Shown: in pieces, positions 1 through 14,428 of the stretch
How positions within the stretch are numbered: the stretch's first letter is position 1
Layout of the letters: each line of letters opens with the position of its first letter
NCBI GenBank assembly: GCA_964016885.1
Contig: OZ024742.1
Span: 110,360,001 to 110,424,000, forward strand
Length of the DNA: 64,000 bases
From: Eledone cirrhosa
Lineage: Eukaryota
Reading direction: 5' to 3'
Position numbers and translations under genes: made by a program
Notes under the pieces: model-generated
Database searches by the model: none
Told to the model about the DNA's origin: nothing
What the model saw: the letters and a program-made list of their open reading frames with translations, nothing else

Positions 1-586
1 ACGTACAGTAGTATGTATATATATATATACATACATGCACACATATATATATATATGTACGTATGGATTCACCGAACATTTATTATAATGCTCGGTGTGT
101 TTGTAAACAAACATCCCGAATTAAGCCGTACAGTGTCTAGCAACCATCGTTGCTCGTTTGTTCAACCCTGACAAAGGAACGTTGTACTAGTTTCAAGCTT
201 ATTAGCTATCGTCAGCAACGTATACTTCCTGCCAGATGGTTGAACGTCTGAAAGTATTTACTTTCCTTATGCATATTAACAGCTGAGCAGCCTAATTTGC
301 ATATCGAGTGAGTTAATCGGCCGGGCGCACCGAAAACGATAAACGGAAAAAAATGAAACGAAATTTCATTCCTCACTCTTAGTACGGCTGTTACTTAAAT
401 ATAAGTATGTATATGTACATACATATATGTATACAGACGTACAGTAGTATGTATATATATATATATTACATACATGCACACATATATATATGTACGTATG
501 GATGAATCCATGTTTGTTTACAAACACACAGAGCATTATAATAAATGTTCGGTGAATCCATACGTACATATATATATGTGTGCATG

Positions 587-682
<96 letters not shown>

Positions 683-735
683 CTACTGTACGACTGTATA
701 CATATATGTATGTACGTATACATACTTATATTATA
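1..735 (-). mobile_element. Non-coding HHR-bearing repeat, family A (partial tandem plus inverted tail; PLE pLTR/retrozyme-like)
   Basis: Homologous to the units at 44909-45958; the unit restarts at about 361 and inverts at about 501; embedded in (TA)n. Confidence 0.75.
179..221 (-). ncRNA. Type I hammerhead ribozyme, family A
   Basis: Minus strand reads ACGTTG CTGACGA T-AGCT-AATA-AGCT-T GAAA CTAG TA CAACGT: stem I, core, stem II, palindromic stem III, GUA site. Confidence 0.85.
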
Positions 736-755
736 TATATATAGGAACAAGTATG

Positions 756-849
756 ACCCCGAGGGCAGAGCTCAAGCCGTTCCGACGGTTAATTCTGGAC
801 TAAATAATAATTTTAGCCTGGTAAATAAATAGGCGAACTTCTCAGGGGT
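756..849 (-). ncRNA. Decayed HHR, family B
   Basis: Inverted copy of 1801-1896 with GAAA changed to GGAA and a stem III mismatch. Confidence 0.55.
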
Positions 850-1800
850 AATTCCATATATGGGAAGATAGTAATTGTCAAAAGAAGTTTGTTGTGAATA
901 CAGATGATTCTATCATGGCATTTAGTGGGAGGTATGGGTAGCTGAACTTGCCGGCAGAACAAAGAGGGAGTGGGGAAAACCCAGTCAAGCGTTGAAAGTG
1001 AAATCTATACAGCAGATTCTAAGGATAGTGTATAGAAGGTCGAAAAAACTGTACTGGAGGGGGGGGGGGGCGTTGAAAGAATAGGTAAATTGAAAGGGAG
1101 TAAACAAAAAAGTCATTATAAAAATGAGGAAATAAATATATTAAAAAAAACAATTTCTCGTTACTACTCCATCCCCACAATCATCAAATCTCTCATTGGT
1201 ATTGCTAAGCTATAGAAAAGTTTAATAGGTGGAGAAAAATACTAAATACGAGATTGTAGTGAAAGAATTTTATAAAGCCATCTTTACAGGGGCTCTAACA
1301 CCACTGCTATAGTTATTAGTAATCAGCCAATGCTATCGCAGTGGTGTTAGACCCCCTGTAAAGATGGCTTTATAAAATTCTTTCACTACAATCTCGTATT
1401 TAGTATTTTCCTCCACCTATTAAACTTTTCTATAGCTTAGCAATACCAATGAGAGATTTGCTGATTGTGGGGATCGAGTAGTAACCAGAAATTGTTTTTT
1501 TTAATATATTTATTTCCTCATTTTTATAATGGCTTTTTTTTTACTCCCTTTCAATTTACCTATTCTTTCAAATCCCCTCCCCTTCTTCAGTACACTTCGA
1601 CCTTCTATACACTATCCTTAGAATCTGCTGTATAGATTTCACTTTCAACGCTTGACTGGGTTTTCCCCACTCCCTCTTTGTTCTACCGGCAAGTTCAGCT
1701 ACCCATACCTCCCACTAAATGCCATGATAGAATCATCTGTCTTGACAACAAACTTCTGACCAATCCTTTTGACAATTACTATCTTCCCATATATGGAATT

Positions 1801-1896
1801 ACCCCCTGAGAAGTTCGGCTATTTATTTACCAGGCTAAAAATACTTATTTAGTCCAGAATTAGCCGTCGAAACGGCTTGAGCTCTGCCGTCGGGGT
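1801..1896 (+). ncRNA. Type I HHR, family B (long stem II)
   Basis: ACCCC CTGAGAA G..CGGCTA...TAGCCG.C GAAA CGGC-ttgagctct-GCCG TC GGGGT; GUC site; position 8 is A. Confidence 0.75.
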
Positions 1897-1988
1897 CATA
1901 CTTGTTCCTATTACCCACTCTACTACCCTAAGTATTGAGTACTTTGGTGCGTTATGGTCCATCTGGTTCCTTACCACATTTCCTTCGT

Positions 1989-2019
<31 letters not shown>

Positions 2020-2118
2020 GTGAAAGATTGAAGAATAACATGGTCGGCTGTACAACAAGGGGTTTTATTTCAAGTATTAACAATTGTTTCATTGATCAGG
2101 TGAGTCTAAAGGCCGCTA

Positions 2119-2318
2119 NNNNNNNNNNNNNNNNNNNNNNNNNNNNNNNNNNNNNNNNNNNNNNNNNNNNNNNNNNNNNNNNNNNNNNNNNNNNNNNNNN
2201 NNNNNNNNNNNNNNNNNNNNNNNNNNNNNNNNNNNNNNNNNNNNNNNNNNNNNNNNNNNNNNNNNNNNNNNNNNNNNNNNNNNNNNNNNNNNNNNNNNNN
2301 NNNNNNNNNNNNNNNNNN
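2119..2318. other. Assembly gap (200 N)
   Basis: Run of n. Confidence 1.
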
Positions 2319-3130
2319 GTACTTGTGTATGGAAAACGTTTCTAATAAAGAACAAACTTGCTATAGAAAATTGCTCTATTAGAATGGTGTAGATATTTGG
2401 AACCTTTTCATCCAGAAGAGTCATTTTTATTTACAAAAAAAATGATATAATCTATCGGAGCTGCATAATTTATTATAAACAAATATACATACAAGATAAC
2501 ATGAATGTAGCTAATCTTTTTCTTATTCAACACGATTTTTGGCTTTTCTGAAATTGCTTCAATATTCGAGTTATAGCTTTTATTTAAAAAAAGAAAATGT
2601 AAAACAACTTCATAGAGCTTAAAAATCACCCAAGACAAATAATCTTAAGAATGAGGATGAACAACTGAAAAATAGAAGGGAGCATTATATAGTCTTTTTC
2701 TTAAAATAACACTCAGTGTGAGGCATCAATAAAATGCGCAGATGGATATAGTGTAATGTCGTATGTGAAGCGTATGTAATGATTTACTTAGCAGAACTAA
2801 GTCTAGTTAGATTTACTCATTGGTTAGTACGTGATACCTCCTAAATAACGCCGAGAGACAGACTCTTAACAATGTATTTCTTATGCAAGCTCTAAGATGG
2901 TTTGACAACCCAGTTTTCACACATTATTCTTATAAATTCTATAGATATAAAAATGAAAACCCTTTACAGTTCTCGCTAGAGATTAAAGTTCTTGTAAATA
3001 AAATTATTGTAAATGAGCGGCAGGTTAAGAATATATTTCGCAAGCGAATGTTTTGGGATTCTATCCCTCCAAGCACTAAGCGAAAGTATCTTAATATATA
3101 TATATATATTTATATTTATATATATATATA

Positions 3131-4615
<1,485 letters not shown>

Positions 4616-4769
4616 ACTAGAATAATCACAGGAGATAATTTTTACATGTGTGTAAGCACACATAGCTAGGTAGGTAACTAAATAAAGTTAACCAGACCTT
4701 CAAAACTTGTCATTATAAAATGCTCGTTAGAATCTTAGAGCTTATTTTGCGGGTGATATGGAGCATATC

Positions 4770-4926
4770 TTTCTGGCATGAAACCCATAATTTTGATTAT
4801 CTTAATTTTGGATATATATATATATATATATATATAATGCCAATCATTGTTTGAATCTAACTGACACGCAAACACAGATATATATATATATATGAATAAA
4901 GTAATCCCAAATGATAGTAGATTCAA

Positions 4927-4970
<44 letters not shown>

Positions 4971-5040
4971 AGCATTCTATATGTAGGTGGGCCCCTTTCA
5001 TCTCCTAGCAACCAATATTTTTAGACCCAGTCAGCCACTG
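4770..5040. mobile_element. Right end of a non-autonomous DNA transposon-like element
   Basis: Ends in CCAGTCAGCCACTG, near-complementary to CAGTGGCGGACTGG at 37804; the internal segment resembles 39609-39735. Confidence 0.4.
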
Positions 5041-5540
5041 GTCTTATACCATAGCTTCTGATTCATATTTACTAGACGGAAACTGCGTCATGCATATTCG
5101 CACTCATAAGATGTAATCAATGAAAAAAAAAACTTAAGAGCAAAGTTACGTTATCAGTTCAGTACAGAGTTAGAGACTCATAAATACAGTGACGTGTATG
5201 TAACTAACGAAGCTATTTTTCACTAATTGAAAAGAAATAAAACAAATAAAGTGTTATATTGATTAATGTTCTATTGTTTCACTGTTCAAATCGAATTCGC
5301 TGTTCTGAAGTAAAACCGAAATGATAAAATTTGGGGTGTTTGTATTTTGTTTAAAAATTGGAGCATATTGTATACAGAAAATGTCCTAATATAATACAAT
5401 AAATTTGCTCTCATGTGTTCTTCTATCTTGACATTCTTAGGGAATGTATAATCTTGGTTTTGATCCTTACTCTTGTGTACATTTTAAACGGTCAATATTG
5501 ATAAATTTAATGTAGCATGGTTTCATTCTATCTATCTATC

Positions 5541-6132
5541 ACTGACCTGTGGGGCTATGTAGAACGACTATTGTCGCGGGTGGGACCAATCCAGTTGACC
5601 ACCGAATCCATTGTCATGATCAAACCGCCACCCTCCTTCAAAAACGAAGGAGAGGCGGTTTTCCTTTATGTGATAGCTATGGCGAAAGAGGTTGTATGGT
5701 GGACAAGGTTGAAAGGGCTGAGGTCAGACACCTTTCTCTCCGGCCAACAACTGATTCTTTTTTTCAAATACCACTTTGGAAGAAGAATCAGGATGGAGAG
5801 AGAGGTGCTGTACCCCAGCAAGTTTTATGAAAGGTCGGTGAATGTGGCGAGAACGGCCCGAGTGAATGGGCCTTCTCTCTATATTAGCCTGTAGGTTGAG
5901 GAAAAGGAGGAGGAGAGTAAAGGAGTACAAACTCTTCGTACTCCTGGAGATGAGGGTTGCACATTTTTTTTCGGGGGTATGTGTTACCCATATAAACTGT
6001 CTCCCTCTATTGGGGAAAATCGACTAACTTTTTAAATTCCATTTGTGATAACATTTTACACGTTTTTATTGTATGTAAACTTCCCCCTTTGTATTTGTCC
6101 CCTTCTTTTGTGCCCCTGTGGCTAATAAAGAA
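5541..6132 (+). mobile_element. 5'-truncated L1/Tx1-like LINE, copy 1
   Basis: ORF2 C-terminus (DLWGYVERLL...GPSLYISL*), 3' UTR, AATAAA, then (TCTA)n. Confidence 0.9.
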
Positions 6133-6187
<55 letters not shown>

Positions 6188-6189
<2 letters not shown>

Positions 6190-7722
6190 ACTGAAGGAAT
6201 ACGAAAGGTTCACAGGAGCGAAGCTGAACCGGGACAAGTCCACCGGTTTGCAACTCGGATCGTGGAGAGGCAAACCGATGCCTTCCGATGGCGTCGTCGG
6301 ATGCTGCTCGGGGTCTGGTTTGGTCCGGACGTCCAGGTGGAGAAGAACTGGAACGAGGTGACGGCGAAGATATTTGCACTCACCCAGAAGTGGGCCGAGT
6401 GCAAACTATCCTTGAAAGGTCGAGCGGAGGTGGCGAACACTTTTATAGCGTCCGTCATCTACTACCGCTTGACCGTCGTGCCTTGTCCAGCCAAAACGCT
6501 CACCAAAATGGAGCGCGCGCTCTTCCAATTCCTTTGGAAGAAGCGGGCTCCTTTGGTGAGAAGATCCATCTGCTGCCAACACCCTTCAAACGGAGGGCTG
6601 GGGATGCCATGGCTGACGATGCGCAAACATGCGCTCAGGCGGCGGCACCTCCACGTATTCCTCACTGGACAACCGGTGTGGGCCCCGTTGCGAGGCGAGC
6701 ATTCCCACGACTCGTCTCGCTGACCAAGTTGCAGTCCTGGGTCAACCAAAGACCGAGGAAAATGGGCGACTGGCACATCAAATGTGCTCAGGCGCTCACA
6801 GCCCTCTGGCAGGCGGACCCGGCGATCAGTGGAGACTCCACTTCGTCATTCTATAGAGGGTTGGTCCGCAGCAAGTGCGACGACGCGCTCGGAAAAACTC
6901 TAGGCGTAGAGGAAGACGAACTGGCCAGTCTGTTCGGTAGAACCTTCCGCCCGGGACCGATGGACAACTTCCAAAAGTCCCTGGCCTGGCAGTGCTACCG
7001 AGGAGCTCTACCAGTTCGAGACAAGCTCTACAGACACGGGCGCCCGGCCAGGGACCCTTCGAAAAAGATCTGTCTGAGATGCGTGCGCGACGAAGAAACT
7101 GTCGCGCACGCATTTGTACACTGCCCGGGCGTTACGACCTGTGGGGCTATGTAGAACGACTATTGTCGCGGGTGGGATCAATCTAATTGACCACCGAGTC
7201 CATTGTCATGATCAAACCGCCACCCTCCTTCAAAAACGAAGGAGAGGCGGTTTTCCTTTGTGTGATAGCTATGGCGAAAGCGGTTGTATGGTGGACGAGG
7301 TTAAAAGGGCTGAGGTCAGACACCTTTCTCTCCGGTCAACAACTCATTCTTTTTTTCAAATACCACTTTGGAAGAAAAATCAGGATGATGAGAGAGGTGC
7401 TGTACCCCAGCAAGTTTTATGAAAGGTGGGTGAAAGTGGCGAGAAGAGCCCGAGTAAATGGGCCTTCTCTCTATATCAGCCTGTAGGTTGAGGAAAAGGA
7501 GGAAGAGAGGAAAGGGGTACAAACTCTTCGTACTCCTGGAGGTGAGGTTGCACATTTTTTTCGGGGGTATATGTTAGCCATATGAAATATCTCCCCGTAT
7601 TGGGGAAAATCGATTAACTTTTCAATTGCATTTGTGATAATATTTTACACGTTTTTATTGTATGTAAACTTCCCCCTTTGTATTTGTCCCCTTCTTTTGT
7701 GCCCCTGTGGCTAATAAAGAAA
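6188..7722 (+). mobile_element. 5'-truncated L1/Tx1-like LINE, copy 2
   Basis: Late RT (LLGVWFG, LSLKGRAEVAN, GGLGMP) and CCHC knuckle CLRC...HAFVHC; frameshifted; (TATC)n on both sides. Confidence 0.92.
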
Positions 7723-7724
7723 CA

Positions 7725-7803
<79 letters not shown>

Positions 7804-7969
7804 TTATCGGACGTGCGGTAGATCGCTGGTAAGTTTTTCTAAAATTTTCTATACAAAAACAGAATTTATTGTGTAAAAATTTATATTGTTTGATAGATTA
7901 ACACCCATGCTGAATTGTCAGGGGCGGAAATTTAATAAAAAAATTGACAAGATTTTCCTAACTTTAACA

Positions 7970-9218
7970 ATGTGTGACTTACAGCGAACGCTAGACTGCG
8001 AGAAGAGAGGGAAAGAGGCAGATATAAGCGTTATGTCTCCCTCTATTTCCATAGAAGTATCTATGGAGACGAACAACAACAAAACTTCGTTTCGTAAAGA
8101 AATGGATATTTACACAACAAAAGATGAAAATAACAGCCCACAACAGACACCAAAAAATGCAGAAAATGCAGAAATTGAAACAATTGACACAACTACACAC
8201 GAAAAAACCAACAACAAAATTGAAAAAACAACATTCGCACATAAATAAAGCAGAGTACAAATTTTGAAATTTGGAAATTCTGATACAAATGACACCAGAA
8301 AGAATTTCCAAAATCCCCGAAAGAGTGCTGGTCGACAACCAGAACTACATCAACATCGTAACTGAGGGCAGAAAGCCACACTGTTTTCGATGTACAAGCA
8401 CATCACACCCAAAAGCCTACTGCCCTTTACAAACAAATCTTTAAAAAAAAGTACTTTTACAACACCAACACCAAAACACCAAAACAACAACACACAACCA
8501 CTCAACCACAAACAACAGAAAAACACAGACAGCACCTCTGAAGAACACAGCCCCACCCCATCCCACTCCATCAAATACTACCACAAACACACACACACCG
8601 AAACACCCACCACACAAAATACCCCTACCCCACACTCCTGACGATGATTATTCATCAACAGATGAGGTTGCTTCTCCTTCTTTAAGTGAAGAAGAAGGAG
8701 AGCCTCGGACATCTAAAAAACAAAAAAAGAGAGACACCACAAATCCCCCAAAACTCCTATCACCAACACCAACACACAACCACAGACACTAACAACAACA
8801 CAAACAGCACCACAACCAAACCTCCCCCTATCAACCAAACAAATACCAACACAAACACAAAAAAGAAAACTCACAGACGAACAACAAACTAAAACAACAC
8901 AACCAAAACAAAAACAACAATACGCATACATCAACACACACAACAAGAGTTTGATGGAGGTCATCTCCCAAAACCGCAAGGTGGAGACAGAGGGCAAAAC
9001 TTTCGTCAAAGCAGAATCCTCTCCACACCTAAAACTAATAAGAGTTTCGATAGAAACCTATCAGGAATTGAAAGAACGGTTTTCGCAGGATGTTGGCAAC
9101 CCCTGCCATAAACCTATTAACCGCATCTTATTAAAATGTTTCCCCACCCCACCCAACACCCCCACCAGAACTGAAATGGAGATTGAACAACCCGATCTCC
9201 AGGAAACGAAAAGGTAGG
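7970..9218 (+). pseudogene. Disrupted ORF1 (T/N/Q/K/P-rich, low complexity)
   Basis: Chain of short + frames directly upstream of ORF2; no recognisable domain. Confidence 0.5.
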
Positions 9219-9258
9219 AGCACCTTTTCATCCTTTTCGCCAATTCTTCTCCACCAAT

Positions 9259-12200
9259 ATGGCTAGTTTACGAGTTGGAAGTGTGAATGTGCGTGGCCTA
9301 GGGATGCCCTGGAAACAGGGCCAACTTTTAAACGACCTTAGGTCACACGGTATGGATGTGATAACCATCACAGACTGGTGGTCGTTTATGCCCCGACCGG
9401 GCAATCGCAACCACGGCCAGACTTCTTTAAGCGTCTAGAGTCTTTTCTGGGAACGTCTCTCTCCTTACTTTTAGTGGGGGACTGGAATAGTATCCTAGAT
9501 ACACGATGGGACTATGTGGGAGCATGTCCCAGTAGAGGAGGGTGCAACAGCCTCAAAACTTTAATCGGCCAATTCCAACTGGCCGATAGGTATCGACTGG
9601 ATTTCCCGACTACACCACAGTGGACGTGGGCAAACCGCAGCGGGACATCTAGATCGTATTTAGATAGGTTCTTCATTAGAGAAAGGGACAAGGAGATGTT
9701 AAGCTGATGTCCACGAATGCACATGGTTGCCTATTCAGGTCACAAATTAGTCGTCTGCATAGTCAACCATGATAGAACACATAGACAAGGACCCTGATAC
9801 TGGAAGCTGAACGTGTCGTTGCCGGCACGTAAAGATTACAGTGAGCGGATAAGTAGACTAGTCAAGCAACAGTTAACGGGAGCCATCGTCAACAATAGAT
9901 GGTGGTACTCTATCAAGAAAGCCTTTAGAGTAGAATCGACAGGGTTTAGCAGAGAGTTAGCCTTAGAGAAAAACAAAATAGAAAGAGAAGTAGTATCCAA
10001 AGTAGAGGAGGCACTTAGAAGTGGCAGCGCGGCTAGATTGTTAGTGTCGAGAACGGCACTGGACCAGTTCTTCGATACGAAACACGAAGGCTGCGTGGTC
10101 AGAAGCAAAACACGTGCTCTAGGAAACGAAGGAGCGAAAGCTGTCAGCTGGGCCCGAGTGGCGGAGGCAAAAGGTGGCAACAAGTCCACGATTCTGTCTT
10201 TGAAAGACCAAAACGGACACTTGCTACTTGACCCCAAGCAAATGTGCGCAGCCTATCAGCAGCACTTTGCGCGACTGTTTGATCAGAACGACGGTGAGCC
10301 GAACGGGGCAATGGACTTTAGTTCATACCTCGACGGCCTGCCGTGTCTCCCGAACACGGACGTCGAGTTCTGCGAAAGACCGATCACGGACACTGAGATA
10401 TGGGACGCTCTGGGCCGCTGCGGGAAACGGTCACCCGGTCTAGATGGTCTACCCTATGAGTTTTACATAGGCATGCCGGACTTGTTCTCCGGCGTCCTCG
10501 AAGCCATCTACTGCAATTGGTAGCAGAACGGGAGAATATCCCACTGCAGGCAAGGGCGTAGTAACGCTGATCAGGAAAGACGAGAACAAGGGGGATGAAA
10601 TTAACGACTTCAGGCCCATAACTCTGCTCAACACAGAGTTAAAGATTTTGGCCAAGGTGCTAGCGACGAGGTTGGCGCTTGTCGTCGAGAACCTGGTAGG
10701 GAAAGCGCAAACGTGTGCAATCCCGATCAGGTCCATACACGACAACCTCCACCTCATGCGATACATCATAGAGAGGGTGGGTAGTAAACCCGGCTTCGGT
10801 GGGGCTCTGATCAATTTGGATCAGTCTAAGGTATTCGACAGGGTCGACCGTCGATACTTGGAAGCGGTTCTCAAGGCGGCTGGTTTCGGTCCCGTTTTCA
10901 GAGGCTGGATCGAGGCGATGCACACCAGCATCTGCTCGAGGGTCAAGGTGAACGGCTACCTATCGGAACCGTTCGCAATCACGCGTTCCATTCAACAGGG
11001 TGCCCTCTCTCCTCCATTCTGTATGTATTGACTCTAGAGCCACTACTGCGGAAATTGGAGCTGTTGCAGGGCATCCCTCTAGAACCGGTACTGCGCAAAG
11101 CGGCGTCGGCTTATGCCGACGGCTTGACGGTAATGGTGTCGAAAACCTCGGTAATCGCGGAGATCGGCAACTTACTGAAAGAATACGAAACGCTGACGGG
11201 AGCAAAACTAAACCCGGACAAGTCTGTCGGTTTGCAACTCGGAACGTGGAGAGGCAAATCGATGACAGCGTCGTTGGACGCTGGAAGGACGGACCGGTGA
11301 AATTGCTCGGGGTCTGGTTCGGTCCAGATCTCCAGGTGGAGAAAAACTGGAACGAGGTCACGGCCAAGGTGTTTGCGCTCACCTAGAAGTGGGCAGAGTG
11401 CAAACTGTCCTTGAAAGGTCGAGCGGATGTGGCGAACACTTTCATAGCGTCCGTCATCTACTACCGCTTGACTGTCGTGCCTTGTCCCCGTGAACACCTC
11501 GCCATGATGGAACGCATGCTCTTCCAGTTTCTGTGGAAGAAGCAGGCTCCGCTGGTGAGGAGATCCGTCTGCTGTCAGCACCCTTCCAACGGAGGGCTGG
11601 GAATGCCGTGGCTGATGATACGCAAACATGCGCTGAGGTTGCGGCATCTCTAGGTATTCCTCACCGACCCCCAACCGGTGTGGGCACCGTTTGTGAAAGA
11701 GGCTTTCCCACAGCTCGTCTCGCTGACGGAGCTGCAGTCCTGGGTCAAGAAAAGACCGAACACGATGGGCGCCTGGCACATTGAATGCGCTCAGGCGCTC
11801 ACAGTCCTCTACCAAGCGGGCACAGCAATCAGGGGAGACTCCACTTCGACATTCTATAGAGAGATTGTACGTTACAAGGGCGACGACGTGCTCGGAGAGG
11901 CTCTGGGCGTCGAAGACGATGATCTCACCAGTATGTTTGGTAGGACTTTTCGCCCGGGACCTATGGACAACTTCCAAAAGTCCCTGGCCTGGCAGTGCTA
12001 CCGAGGAGCTCTACCAGTTCGTGACAAGATCTACAGGCACAGACGCCCCGGCAGGGATCCTTCCAAGAGGACGTGTCCAAGATGCGCACAGGACATTGAA
12101 ACCGTCCTGCACGCAATTGTACACTTCTCGGGCGTAACCGACCTGTGGAACTATGCAGAACAACTGCTGTCGCGTATGGACAAATCCAGTTGACTGCCGA

Positions 12201-12457
12201 GTCCATAGTAAGGATCAAACCGCCAGCCTCTTTCAAAAACTAAAGAGAGGCAGTTTTCCTCCGTACAGTGGCTATGGTGAAAGAAGTTATATGCTAGACG
12301 AGATTGAGAGGACTTGATTCCCTTCTTTAAGTATCACTTTAGAAGGAGAATCAGAGTGGAGAGAGAGGCACTGCACCCCAGTAAATTTACTGAAAGGTGG
12401 GTGAATGTGGCAAAAATGGCCCGAGTGATTGGGCCCTCTCTGTTTATAAGCCTGTAG
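9259..12457 (+). pseudogene. Disrupted ORF2: APE endonuclease, reverse transcriptase, C-terminal knuckle
   Basis: MASLRVGSVNVRG, LVGDWN, SYLDRF, SPGLDGLPYEFY, FRPITLLN, LDQSKVFDRVD, AYADG, KLLGVWFG, CPRC...H; several stops and frameshifts. Confidence 0.93.
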
Positions 12458-12689
12458 CTTAAAGAAGAGAGCAAAAGGAAGAAAGGATCACTTGCACAAC
12501 ACGCTCCTGGAGTTGAGGGTTGTTCTATCGACGGGGTATTAAACAACCCATTTGTGGCGCTTCCCCCCTATTGGGGATTTCGATTGTTGTAATTGTTTGT
12601 TTTATATTTTTTACACGACTGTATGTAAAATCCCCGGCATGTCTTTGTATTATCCCCTTTTCTTGTGCGCCCTTGTGGCAAATAAAGAA

Positions 12690-12765
<76 letters not shown>

Positions 12766-13144
12766 GATCTTTTTTTCAAATACCACTTTGGAAGAAGAAT
12801 CAGGATGGAGAGAGAGGTGCTGTACCCCAGCAAGTTTTATGAAAGGTGGGTGAAAGTGGCGAGAATGGCCCGAGTGAATGGGCCTTCTCTCTATATCAGC
12901 CTGTAGGTTGAGGAAAAGGAGGAGGAGAGGAAAGGAGTACAAGCTCCTCGTACTCCTGGAGATGAGGGTTGCACATTTTTTTTCGGGGGTATGTGTTACC
13001 CATATAAACTGTCTCCCTCTATTGGGGAAAATCGACTAACTTTTAAATTCCATCTGTGATAACATTTTACACGTTTTTATTGTATGTAAACTTCCCCCTT
13101 TGTATTTGTCCCCTTCTTTTGTGCCCCTGTGGCTAATAAAGAAA
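12766..13144 (+). mobile_element. 5'-truncated L1/Tx1-like LINE, copy 4
   Basis: Near-identical to the 3' end of copy 1; (TATC)n on both sides. Confidence 0.9.
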
Positions 13145-13146
13145 TA

Positions 13147-13205
<59 letters not shown>

Positions 13206-14094
13206 ATATCTATCTATGTGAATGTATCCATGCATGTAAGTTTCAGTGTGCCTGTTTTACATGCATCATTCATACATTATATACCTATTGTCATTGTTTG
13301 AACATTCCAAGATTGTAACTGTAAAATATGTCGTATCTTATCGGTAGCAAGGTGAACTTGTCTGTTGGGTTGAAAATGGTTTTGTGCTATGAATTCATTG
13401 TTTTATTGGCTTTGGGCTTAGCTTCAATAAGTTATAGGAGCATGCATATCAGCAGAATTTGATTGCTTTGACTGCTTATCTCTACTCAATTCTTACATTG
13501 TAATATATTTGTACGTTTTCTTGTATGCATTGATGTTAGGGGAGTCTTTTACAAGGTATATTTTAGAATCACTATTTACAGATGTAAGGTTAATAAAATG
13601 TCATTACTTAATAGATCAACCTTTTAGGAGAGCTAACACGTAGTTCTGTAGGTGATCATTCGCCTACTAAAAATCTGTTAAATTCCTTCGAATTATATCC
13701 TATAGCGTTAAACAGGGAGGACTCATGGCACAATGTAATCATAAGTACACAACCCATGAGAAAAGAGTAAGAGGATAATGACTGGAAGACCTTTCATCAT
13801 AGCTATGCTGGATGAGCTCTAATTAGGGACTATTTTATGTTTATTACTGTTTTATCAGGTAAGAAAGGTCAGTGTCCATGATCTTCAATAACTCATTAAA
13901 CCGGAGAATTGATTCGAATGTTGAGTGAATTTCGCTAGAAGCACTCAAAGATTAGATAGTGATACTAAACCGGCCGAGAGAGTCTACTTCCGAAGTAAAC
14001 AACAGCATGATTTGAAGCCAGAACATAAAGAGTGGGAACAATTACCACCAAGCATCTCTGTCGAAGTTTTCAGGACGTTACTTTATTTTTATGA

Positions 14095-14190
14095 TAATCG
14101 AAGTTGACTTTTGACGGGATTTGAACTCAGAACGTAGAGAGCTGAAACAAAGACATTTTCTCCTACGCTCAAAAGACTCTGTTAATTTAG
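14095..14190 (-). mobile_element. tRNA-derived SINE fragment
   Basis: Reverse complement gives GTTCTGAGTTCAAATCCCGTC...GTCAACTT, the B-box region of the SINE at 57141. Confidence 0.6.
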
Positions 14191-14362
14191 GCAAGAAAAT
14201 CAGCAACAATACAACAATCTGTGACCTATGACAAGAAGGAAGTCAAATTATGAGAGGTTACTCTGCTATTTTCTCAGTGGCTTTAGCTTTACGCTTTAAC
14301 TCTTCCGATTTAAAGAGCTCCTTCCCAAACATGGATGTTTAGAAACTTTTAACAAATCAAAT

Positions 14363-14428
<66 letters not shown>

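Larger units (their letters stand above)
743..1990. mobile_element. PLE family B 3' end arranged as a ~1.2 kb inverted repeat
   Basis: 743-~1308 is the imperfect reverse complement of ~1337-1910. The terminus (...ttccttcgtta(TA)n) is shared with 23272-23370, 26170-26297 and 30290-30418. Confidence 0.8.
7803..12690 (+). mobile_element. Near full-length decayed L1/Tx1-like LINE, copy 3
   Basis: 5' UTR, broken ORF1, ORF2 with APE, RT and knuckle, 3' UTR with AATAAA; (TATC)n on both sides. Confidence 0.93.

Noticed and set aside
11111-11977. 288-aa minus-strand ORF
   Set aside because: Antisense shadow of the GC-richer LINE ORF2, with no motifs of its own.
13845-13866. Recursive-splice-like YnCAG|GTAAG site (also ~23230 and ~56575)
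   Set aside because: A few CAGGTAA matches are expected by chance in 64 kb of AT-rich DNA, and no host gene is evident.
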